Source of the DNA: Podarcis muralis
Taxonomy: Eukaryota
Assembly (NCBI RefSeq): GCF_964188315.1
Contig: NC_135660.1
Location: forward strand, 82,150,001-82,214,000
DNA length: 64,000 nt
Direction of reading: 5' to 3'
A model generated the notes under the pieces. The model was given only the letters and a program-made list of their open reading frames with translations. It did no database searches and was not told where the DNA came from. Below, piece after piece: positions 25,621 to 35,750 of the stretch. Position 1 is the first letter of the stretch. Each line of letters opens with the position of its first letter. Both the position numbers and the translations under genes were made by a program.

Positions 25621-27335
25621 ATCTATTCCCAAAGGAGCTGCAGCTGGCAAACCAGCCAGAGCTGAAAAAAGGTGATGCCTGCTATAATAAACATGCAAGT
25701 GTGTCATCATGCTGCAGCTTGCTTGGCTGCTGACAGGTGAAGCACAAAGAACAAAGCTTCACTACAAGGTAGTCGATATGGGTAAGTTGAGAAAGGGTGT
25801 TGCGTGCAAGACTGTCCACATGGGGAGACAGCAAAGGAGCCACCAAAGCAGCCTTTGTTAAATGATAACTTCCATCCCAAAGAGCTTTTTTTTTTTTGGC
25901 AGCGCTGCCTGTACCTATTTAAAAGGTGCATCTGGAGGACGGTAATTAAGCGTGGGACGGGCTTCTACCACCCCACCCCCGCCCTTTCCCTTGCAACTCT
26001 TGAACAGAGCCAGGGAGCGGCTTGGAGAAAGAGGGAGCTCCTCCTCCCGTTTGCCTCGCCTTACACATTTGCCAAAGCAAAGGCTCTTTTGATTGACGGC
26101 CAGGGCGAGCTATGGCGGAGGAAGCTGCGGCGGGGAGCTGGGAAGGCGAAACTTAGCCGAGCAAAGGCGCAGCAGCACCAACAGAAAGGATCCAAAGCAT
26201 GGAGCAAACAACGGCGGCGGCGGCAGCAGCAGCACGAGTGGCCATCGCCCTCATCCCTTCCTCCTCCTCCTCCTCCTGCTAGGTGCTTGTTGCCTCCCGC
26301 TTTTGCACCCCTTTTCCCCTCCTCACTTTTTCTCCCTTCCTTCCTTTCCCCCCGCTTCTCCATTGCTGGGGGCGGGGCGGGCGCCCGCTTTCTTCTCTCC
26401 CGGAGCCGAGAGGAAGGCGGCCGCAGGCAACGCAGGGAAATGCATTTCCTGCACCCAGGAAAAACTGCAGGAGCGGCAGAAGCCCGGTGCAGCAAATATG
26501 GCTGCGTGCGGCTGCCGGGGCTCCTGAGCGGAGGCCCTGGGAGGAATTGAAGCCTCGCCCCCCCCCCCGCTTTTCCACCGCCACCCCCCTCTTTTGTATA
26601 AACGGGGCCTCTCCCCTGCAAGAAAACACCCCAACAACTCTGGGTGGGAGAGAAGTTGGTTCGAGCTTTCATTTTTTTTTAGGGCCGAGATGAAGCGGGG
26701 AGCCCTTTGCCCAAAGCGGAGCCAATTCGGAGCTTGCAGCTGAACTCTCCAAGCTTTGGCAGGGAAGAAAACAGAAGAGGGGGAGGGGAAATAAAAATAA
26801 AAGGATAGGGTCCCCCCGCTTTTCTCTCGTAAGGGGGAGTTGGTGGGTGGCAGGAGGTGCCGAACTGTTAGGGGACGCAGGAACCACGCCAGCCTCCGCC
26901 GTCTTCAGCGCGTGATGACCCGGTGCAGGAAAGGTATTTTTTAAGAGCTACCTGTTTGATTTGGAGTTTGGGGATTCAGAGGGAAGCGAGGAGTGGGTGG
27001 GCTTGATCGAGGAGGCAGCGAAAGAGCAACAGTTGTTTTCCCTTCTGCATAACTTTGCCCTGAGTGTGTGCAAAAATAAGTCATTTCCCCCCCTCACTCT
27101 TTCCCCCCTTTTCTCTGGAAATCTTCTCCCCCGGAGTAGCGGCTTTGAAGGGGGGTTGGAGGCGGAATGTAGCCGCTCTTCTGCGCTTGCTTTTGCGGTG
27201 GGAAAAGGAAAGAGGGGTCGTTGGATCTTTGTCTGGAGGGAGGGAGGAGAGCAGGGGAAGAAATAGAAAAGTTGTCCAGCTCCCTTTTATTGCAGGGGGT
27301 GGGCGGGGCCTGTTGTGCGAGGAGGGAGGGAGGGA

Positions 27336-27371
27336 GGAAGGAAGGAAGGAAGGAAGGAAGGAAGGAAGGAA
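27336..27371. repeat. (GGAA)9 microsatellite in a polypurine tract upstream of the DLG5 ATG
   Basis: Counted directly; preceded by (GGAG)n; the purine-rich tract runs ~27319-27394. Confidence 0.95.
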
Positions 27372-27535
27372 GGCAGGGAAAGGAAAGGCAAAGGCGCAAC
27401 GCACCATAGCCAAGCATCTTCTCTTTGCAACTGTGCCTCCGGCGCGCGCACCGGGCGCGCGGCTCTTCCTCCCGGGAGGCGAGGAGTTTGGCGAGTTACT
27501 TTCGGCGGGGCTGCAGCGCCTGCCTCCCGGCTGCC

Positions 27536-27890
27536 ATGGAGCCGAAGCACAAGGAGCTGCTGGCCCAGTGTCACCAGAGTCTGGCCCAGGCCATGACGGA
27601 GGTGGACAAGGTGATCGAGCTGCTGGATGCCGCGGGGACCCTGAGCCCCATCGACTTGCGAGAGCTGCAGGAAGCCGGGATGGTAACGGGAGGAGGAAGC
27701 GATGATGGAGGGAAGGAGGGAGTCTCGGCCAGCGCCTGTAAGGCCGACGTGCTCATCAAGCTGCTCCTGGCCAAGGACCGCGATCACTTCCAGGACCTGC
27801 GCGTGGCCTTGGAGAAGACGCAGCCTCACCTGCTTTCCATCCTGTACCTGAATAACGGCGTGGCGGGCGCGCAGCCTGGCGAGGCGGCTG
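27536..27890 (+). CDS. DLG5: DLG5 (discs large MAGUK scaffold protein 5) coding exon 1, N-terminal CARD-like domain
   Basis: Strong Kozak ctgccATGg; MEPKHKELLAQCHQSLAQAMTEVDKVIELL..KADVLIKLLLAKDRDHFQDLRVALEKTQPHLLSILYLN matches the recalled DLG5 N-terminus; phase-1 donor G|GTGAGT at 27891; lies downstream of POLR3A as in human. Confidence 0.95.
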
Positions 27891-29759
27891 GTGAGTGGGG
27901 CTTTGCATCACTCGTGGGGGGCAGCATGGTGGTGGTGGGGGAAGCCTGGGATACAGGGACCAAGGGAGTGCTTTGCCTGCTTTGCATTGATTCAGGGAGC
28001 CAGGAGGAAATGCATGGTAGCACATTTCAGGCTGTAAAGTATTGGTGGTGGCGGTAGAAGTAAGTTGCATTACTGGCAGATCGCCCCTCTCCAGGCAGTG
28101 TGACACATACGAAGTTAAAGCAATAGCGCCAATTGCAAATAATGCAAACCAGAGGAGAAAAATGCACCCAAGAGCAATAGAGGAAAGCACAACAGATGCA
28201 AAAAGCTCCGCTTAAAATCTGTTGTTGTTATTAATAGAGGGCGTCAAACTTCTGTGCAATGGAAAAGGATGTCACATATTAGCACTGCTGGATGTGACTG
28301 ATGAGAGTTGTGGTTCAAAACATCTAGAGAGCTCCAGGCTGGAGAAGGCTAGGAGGGGTAGCCTAAATGGTTTTTGACTCTACTGCTATTTGGTGTGCAT
28401 GTGTGAAACGTAGGCATGCAGTTTTCAACATGATTGTATCAAGTTTTTAAATATATATTGATGACCATGTAGGGCAATAGATTTATAACAGTTAGGTGCT
28501 GCTAGTGCTTCATGAAGAAGCCCAGTACAGTGTTGAGGCAGGAAAAAAATAAATAGGGAGCTTGAGGGGAGGAAAGGCTACTGGTCTCTCATCCATTTGG
28601 GCTTTGCAGAAGGTGCCAGCAGCAACGAGGCACTTCTTCTGCCTTCCACAGAAACTCAGCACAGGGTCAAATTTTGTTCCCTTCCCTGAGTGCTTTGCAC
28701 CTGCCACAGAACTTGGCCAAAGGGTTTTGTGGAGATGGCAAACAGCAAAGCCAAAATATGTGGACCCCTTCTACTAAAACCACACAATATGTCACTGTGT
28801 CCAGATCCAAAGGATCCCTACAGTGATGGCAGGCAGAAGATTGACAGAGATCTGGTGGTAGTTTTATCTATACTCTGATTTAGGGGTTGTTATTGTTCTT
28901 AATCTGCTTTTTTCCTCCTCACTATTATGTTCACAAGCCTTGCTTCTTTTCTGCAACAAGGTGCCTCTACTTGTTGAGCAAGTACAAATGTTGAAGCAGA
29001 TATTGCTTCCTGATATTACATTTTTGGAGAAACTGCATATTTGTTTAATTAATGCCTTTAACCATTACTGTGCCTGGAAGGCAGTGAATGTATTGGTAAG
29101 TGGAAAACTGAAATTTTGCCCTCCATCAGCAATGCTGTTACATCCAATGTGGATGAGCCACTAAAATCTTCAGGGCCAATTGCAGTGTTGAAATTATTTC
29201 TGTTGGTGGATGACTGAACTGGAGTGGTCTGGTGGAATACGACAGGACTTGACTTCATCCATGGGTAGAAAGGCCACAGAGCCTTCCTGTATGCTTTGAC
29301 TATTCTTGCTTGGGAAGTGAGAGGAGCTAAGAGAAGTTTGGTTTTAATTATGAGTTTTAAAGTTGTCCACATTTCCTCAATGCAGGAACCTTCCACAAGA
29401 CACCTTTGCCAAGACGCTTATCTGCAGATTGTCTCAGACAAAGGCATAGTTTATTTAGTGGGCTATTGTAGAGACAGTGGTCTGATGCAGATTGGGGGTG
29501 CAGGATTCTCTTTTTCACTTCAGACTCCCCCCCCCCAATACTCATTTCCAGTATCAGAGATTGATTGAGGGGCGAGAACAGCGTTTGAAATTCACCAGGT
29601 GCATTGGCTATCAGCCACTTGCAACCAAGTGAAGATGCTTGCATGCTGGGATGGGTGCCTGAGGTCTCCACCATCTGGAGGTGCATGCCTGGGGATCCTT
29701 GGATCTTGCTTGTTTTCACACACTAGCAACACATCCTGTAGAATTCTATCAGTGATATT

Positions 29760-30660
29760 TTATCTGTGACTTCCCTTCTCTTTCCATGGTTCAATTTGCA
29801 TATAATAAATCCCTGCATATTTTACATAAACTAAACCATTCAGTATTCCATTAATACATCCCTCACAACTTGTTTACACTGTTGAATTTTCTTTATGCTG
29901 CCAATGTTTTCAAATGTACACAATTTCCCTCATATATTCAATAAGCATTTTCCAATCTTCTATGAATGTATGCTCTTCTTTTTCTCTTATTCTATATGTT
30001 AGGTCCACAAGCTGCACATATTCCATCAATTTAAGTTGCCATTTTTCTTTAGTTGGGACCTCGCTCGTTTTCCATTTTAGGGCTAACAAAACACAGACGT
30101 AGTGGCATACATAAATAAAGACTATAAATAAAGACACCTGGAAATTTCCATCTGAATTATCCCCAGCAAAAAGGACTCTGGGTTGTTGTTTTTTGGGAAA
30201 AGTACTTTCAGACATTTCATTTCAATCCATTATGAATTATTTCCCAATACTCCGTTACCCTTTTACAGGTCCACCACATGGTGGAAAAAGAAGACTTTTG
30301 AGCCGTCTGGCCCCCAAATGGCAACTGGACATTCTGTTTTGACAACTGCAACCCTGGTTTAATGAACCATTTGGTGCCTAGCTTATATATCTGAGTTTCT
30401 AACACTGGGAAGTGCTTGAAGGCACAGACTGTCACCTGCTCGAAAAATCAGCCTATATAACAGAGCAGACTTATAAACAAGTGTGTCTGCCACTATTATA
30501 TCTGATTTGACCCTCAAAGCAACTTGCATCCAGTTCCTTAGGGTACACTCCATTCGCAAGGGGTAGTGAACTGAGCTCCAAAGAAAGTCCCAGATTGTGT
30601 GCCAACATTTGAGTTTCCATGAGAAACAGCCAATATGGGAAGAGTTGTGGAACAATACAG
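29760..30660 (-). mobile_element. L1-clade LINE ORF2 C-terminal fragment
   Basis: Minus-strand frames give ..MWWTCKRVTEYWEIIHN.. and ..LLALKWKTSEVPTKEKWQLKLMEY.., typical of the L1 ORF2 Cys-rich C-terminus; frameshifted. Confidence 0.75.
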
Positions 30661-31307
30661 CAACCATGTGAGGCAGGGTAGGTTGAGACTTAACTAAGAC
30701 TCTCTTGATTCATCTTGGGGGCAGTGAATATAGGGAGGAATCTTGAAGCCCTGTTGAGAGTGTTTGGAGCAAAGTTTCCGGACCACTTCTGACATTTTGA
30801 GGAACCTTGCTTTATCTGTAATATTTGACCTAGACTTGTTTGGCTAACATTCTTTATTATAGAAATGTCTTACGTAATTTACCATGTTAGATCTGGCATC
30901 TCTGCATCAGACCTAGCAAAAAATGGCAAATATGGCCATTAACCCTCTCTCAAACAAGGGAGCCAGTTCCCTTCTGTGGTATCTGTCGTGCAAATACCTC
31001 AGAGACAGATTCACCCTCTAGTGGAGACACTATTTCACACAAATGACACCTCCTTGTGAATGTGGTGGCCTCAAAATAAATATTCCTGAGGTGCTTTTAG
31101 CGATGACTTGAGTAGGATGTAGACTGCAGTTGAGACACTATGGGGCAGCTAAGTGGTAACTTCTCTCTCAAGTTAATTTCCAGTTCCAGCAATCCTTGAG
31201 GACGCTGCTGGGTTTCTTTCTCCAAAGGATTTTAAATTGCGTGTTTGGGATTATAGAGCCTGTATATCTTTGCTGTTTTCATCTGCCTGGGTCAGAATGA
31301 GGATTGG

Positions 31308-31308
<1 letters not shown>

Positions 31309-31353
<45 letters not shown>
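31309..31353. repeat. (AAT)15 microsatellite
   Basis: Counted directly; adjoins a LINE-tail fragment at 31354-31445. Confidence 0.95.
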
Positions 31354-32901
31354 TTATTTATACCCCACCCATCTGGTTTTGTTGGGCTTTGGGTGGCTTC
31401 CAACAAAACATTAAAAATACAATAAAACATCAGGCATTAGAAACTTCCCTAAATATTCTGGACTTTGCTGCCACAGACGAATATGGCTACCTCTCTGACA
31501 GTTTTCCTTCTAAACTGTCATCTTCGTTAGTGCTGACAGAGCCATGTGTTAGATTTGGGGAGGCTCCTTCATTCTGAGGTGAATTTTTTTTCGGGTAAAT
31601 ATTTCATATGCTTTTAACTGATGCAACTTTCTTCTAAATAACTGTGGGAGTTGTTTCCCTATGGCGGTGCTGTGGGAAATCTGTTCTGAGGGGAACATTT
31701 AGGCACCTTTACAGATCCCCACGGTTCCCTGGGGTTCCTTGCAAGTGTCTTCTTGCCTTTAATTTGGAGTTCAGGCCTACCTCAGTCCCTCACCCTGAGG
31801 ACAAACCTTCGCTTTGTGACCAGTTCTCTGTGACTGGGTCACTGCAACTCCTGAAGAGGTGACTTGTCTTTTTTTTGTATGTTAGATATAAATGATTTTG
31901 AGGAGATATGCAGGGTGTTTGTAGAATATGTACTGTTAAAACGGAAAGGGGTCAAATCGCCGCAAGAGGTGTTTAAATTTTGAGAGGTTGGATAGTTACA
32001 ATGGAATGGTCTCAGTGGTGGGGTGCACCTTTTTATTCTTATTTATTTATGATTATTACTTTGTCAAAATACAATTAAAAGTTTAAAAAATAACTTTTTT
32101 AAAAAAGATATAAAAGCCAAGGAAAGCATTTCTGAATATCTATAGGATAAAGAAAATGCATATATTCTGACTGTGTCACGTTTGTTTCCATTTGGCTTAG
32201 CCTAAGGCCCTTTCCCTCAGCCAGCCGTCTCCTTATTTAGAGTATAGTTAATGAAGGAATTTAGGGCAAACACAATTAAATTACAGGCTTGTTTGGCGAC
32301 AGCCAATCATCTCTTTGAATGCTCTTGCTGGAGTTTAAAGTGATAAACAGTTTACTGTGCTTTGAATGTGTGGACAGGAACCAAAATGTTAAGGCTTCTG
32401 CTCTTCTTTGTGAGTATTCTGTGTTTGTAACGTTTAATGCCGTGCGGTCAGAGAAGGGTTGCTATTTGCCATATCACTGTCAAGATAGCTGCATAAAATC
32501 ATCATGGTTATTTGGAAAGTATTATGGCATACATAGAAGAAAACGTGAATATGTGTGTAGCTGGCACAAAATCTAGGATTTTGGGAGGCATGTTGATTTT
32601 AAAGAGAAATGTCATGGGCAGTCTTCTTTCTCTGTGTGTCTGATTTCCTTTGGGGCTCTGTTTGAAGTGAGAATGGGGGTGCTTTTTGAGAGGGGGGGTT
32701 GGACCCTTAGCTAGCCTGGAAGCCACTTGCAGTCCTCCAGAGCTGGCGCCACAGTAGGAGGACACTTGAGAAGTTTGGTAGGACATGGCCTGTTTTTCTA
32801 TCACAAATAATACTTTTATTATATATGTTGCATTTATTATTTGTGTAGCTCTGCTAGGGCATGTGGTAGAGGGCAGTCTGCTAGTGACACATGGCTATAG
32901 C

Positions 32902-33048
32902 TGCCTGGGTAGCTCAGCTGATTAGAGCATGGTGCTGATAGCGCCAAGTTTGCAGGTTCAGTCCCCATATGGAACAACTGCATATTCCTACATTGCAGCG
33001 GGTTGGACTAGATGATCCTCAGGGGCCCTCCCAACTCTACAATTCTAT
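32902..33048 (+). mobile_element. SINE with tRNA-Ile-derived head and CR1-type tail
   Basis: GGGTAGCTCAGCTGATTAGAGCATGGTGCTGATAGCGCCAAG..GGTTCAGTCCCC resembles tRNA-Ile; tail GGGTTGGACTAGATGATCC..CCCAACTCTACAATTCTA. Confidence 0.75.
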
Positions 33049-33639
33049 ATCGAGGTTGCCCAGGGTCAGTCCTACAGAAATCCAGCAAGGGTGAATGCCC
33101 CCTGGCTAGCAAGGGGAATGGCAGCACAATCTTCTTTCTGAGTTCTCCTAGAAAATTGAAGAGGAGCTAAGAAGAAGCCGGAGCTACTTAGGCTGTTCAT
33201 TTCAGTTACTTACCTTTTCCAGATTCCACTGTAATTGAGCAAAGACCCAATCTCACATCTGAGCTCCCTCTGCACCTGTCGCAGGCAACCACAAATAGTG
33301 GCTACCTAGTAAGCCAAGCTAACATTTGGGGGTGCCAAATATTTTTGGCTGTGCTGCCATTCAAATCCTAGTTACTTACTTTGCACCTTTGAGTCAAATA
33401 CAGAATTGCAACTTAAGGAGCTGGAAGCCAGTTTTAGCTACCTAAAAAAGCCAGGTCCCTGCTCCAAGGAGAAGGTGAGGTGTAAAGGCGAGGATAAGCA
33501 AATGCAGTTTTGTTGCCCAGCAACTGTTATGATTTAAATAAGAGTTGCCAGGCAACTAGGCGCTCCTGATAAGTCTTGAGTTATGGATGACTCATCTCAG
33601 TTGTCACATTTTTTTTTATGTCTTCATTGGTAAAACATA

Positions 33640-33918
33640 CAGTGGTGCCTCGCAAGACGAAATTAATCCGTTCCGCGAGTCTCTTTGTCTTGCGATTTTT
33701 TCGTCTTGCAAAGCACGGCTATTAGTGGCTTAGCGACTATTAACGGCTTAGCGGCTTTAAGAAAAAGGAAACAAACTCGCAAGAACTTGCAAGACGTTTC
33801 GTCTTGCGAAGCAAGCCCATAGGGAAATTCGTCTTGCGGAACGACTCAAAAAACGGAAAACCCTTTCGTCTAGCGAGTTTTTCGTCTTGCGAGGCATTTG
33901 TCTTGCGGGGCACCACTG
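33640..33918. mobile_element. Tc1/mariner-superfamily MITE, family 2
   Basis: TA|CAGTGGTGCCTCGCAAGACG..CGTCTTGCGGGGCACCACTG|TA; repeated CGTCTTGCG motif. Confidence 0.88.
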
Positions 33919-34153
33919 TACCTCAGGTTAAGTACTTAATTTGTTCCGGAGGTCCGTTCTTAACCTGAAACTATTCTTAACTAGAGCCGTGCATTCGCTA
34001 ATGGGGCCTCTTGCTGCCGCTGCGCTGCCAGCACATTATTTCTGTTCTCATCCTGGAGTGAAGTTCTCAACTCGAGGTAACTCTTCCAGGTTTGCGGAAT
34101 TTGTAACCTGAAGCATTTGTAACCTGAGGCGTTTGTAACTCGAGGTACCACTG
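33919..34153. mobile_element. Tc1/mariner-superfamily MITE, family 1, missing its first 6 bp
   Basis: Begins TACCTCAGGTTAAGTAC directly after the family-2 element; ends GAGGTACCACTG|TA. Confidence 0.85.
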
Positions 34154-34849
34154 TACTTCTGAATAATGTAAATTAGGCTGCAAGTCCCATTTTGCTCAAT
34201 GAACCTCTCTAGTAGCAGACATAGGATTGCAGCTTTACTTAATTGCTTTGGCAGAGTTAAAAATAATAGTGAAGTTACCAAATTGAGGGTATTGTGTCTG
34301 ACAGCTTTGTAGGTTGGCTGGGAATACCAAACGGAAATGTGTATTGGATGACAAAGCAAAACTTTTGCTCAAAACACACACACTCTGTCTTGATGATGTG
34401 GTTTTTTTTCCTGAGTCATAGCTCTGATGCATTGCAGTTATTAAAGCATGACCAAATAAAAAAATAACATCTTGAAGGACAAAACCTGAATCTGTGTTCT
34501 GAGCGTTAGCAGTTTCTTGATGCAGATTTGGAAATAGGAGTTCTGTATATACATTTTGCCTGTAGACTCCCAAACATCATCATCATTATATGAAATGCGC
34601 TAGTTTGGTTTTTTCCAGTTTAAGTAACCGAACCTCGAGATGATTGCATGTGTCACTTGCTATTGGCTTGCTGGTGCAAATAGATCAGTCACTTTCCTGC
34701 ATTCATCAGCTGAATGTATAGAAGAAAACTGAGAGAGTGGGCAAGGTGTATTATCACACTGCTCTGTCACTAGTTCATACAGCATAATTTACTTCCTCAT
34801 TGACAACCATGGTGGGAAAAGAGAATGTCTTGGTTTGCATATAGTGTCA

Positions 34850-34985
34850 TGAAGACGAGGTTTTTAAGCAGAGGTTGAATGGCCATCTGTCATGGATGCT
34901 TTTGTTGAGATTCCTGCAGTGCAGGGGGTTAGACTAGATGACCCTCGGGGGTCTCTTCCACCTCTACAGTTCTATGATTCTATGA
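34850..34985 (+). mobile_element. CR1 LINE 3' end
   Basis: GAGGTTTTTAAGCAGAGGTTG..CTCTACAGTTCTATGATTCTATGA with the CR1-type TTCTATGA tail repeat. Confidence 0.75.
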
Positions 34986-35144
34986 GCAGCAACAAGTCTC
35001 AAGCTTATGTACTCTGCTCCCCTGTCTTAGAATGTGGCTACAGTGAGATCAGAAGCTTCCAGTTCCATTTTAGTGTTACATATTAACCCTAAACTGTGGT
35101 TAATCTTAACAATAGTTGGTGAAATGAAATGGTTCAAAGATTTA

Positions 35145-35750
35145 TTCATTCATTCATTTATATCCTTTTCCCAGGCCGGGATTCAAGGTGGCTTGCGCAA
35201 GTTAACGCAGATAAAATACAGAAAGCTAAAAACATATAAAAGATAATAGTTAAAAAGTGATGAAACCATAACAGAATTAAAACAACTCCAAAATTAAACT
35301 TTTTTAACAGCTTAGCAAAACTTCTGATAAAAAACTTTAAAAGTACCAGAAAAAAATGTAATGTGTTCCTACCCCCCAACTCTCAGGGCTCATTTCCCTT
35401 GCAAGTCAGTTTTAAGAGAACATTTTATAACACCACAACACAATAATATTATAAAATACAAATAAAGAATTAAAAGTCTGTGGTTAACTCCCCCCACAGC
35501 AAATTAGCTAAATACGGCCAGGAATAAAAAATGTTTACAAAGTTATTTTAAAAGCCATCAAGGATGACGCCATACCAGGAAGATTTCTGGATGTAGCAGT
35601 AGTGGCTCCTGGTAATATGTTGTGAGGAGCAAAGGAATCCCCTTCTGAAAAAGGGTGCTTCTTTGCTTGGCTGGCGCGTCTAAGGATGAATCTCCTAGGC
35701 AGGGTCAGAACATCCTTTTCTGGGATTTGCAAGGTTCTCTTCATTAGTGT
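35145..35750 (-). mobile_element. L2-like LINE 3' fragment
   Basis: Minus frame LQIPEKDVL..RRASQAKKHPFS..APHNILP..SSLMAFK resembles the L2 ORF2 end; tail near 35145-35200. Confidence 0.5.

Larger units (their letters stand above)
25940..27900 (+). promoter_or_regulatory. CpG island / promoter of DLG5
   Basis: Sharp rise in GC and CpG over background; GC boxes at 26368-26383 and 27295-27309; YY1-like AATATGGCTGC at 26495-26505; spans DLG5 exon 1. Confidence 0.85.

Noticed and set aside
25804-27829. Many long overlapping ORFs (100-250 aa) on both strands around the DLG5 promoter
   Set aside because: Low-complexity Gly/Arg/Pro/Ala translations from stop-poor GC-rich DNA and microsatellites; only the frame from ATG 27536 matches a known protein.
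27425-28057. 210-aa ORF as the DLG5 coding region
   Set aside because: The TTG-started extension and the read-through past the GTGAGT donor at 27891 are UTR and intron; homology covers only 27536-27890.
34685-34712. Minus-strand CTGATGA..GAAA hammerhead-like core
   Set aside because: No stem II, and no NUH triplet with a closing stem I. Other CTGANGA hits examined (for example near 7861 and 23190) also fail.
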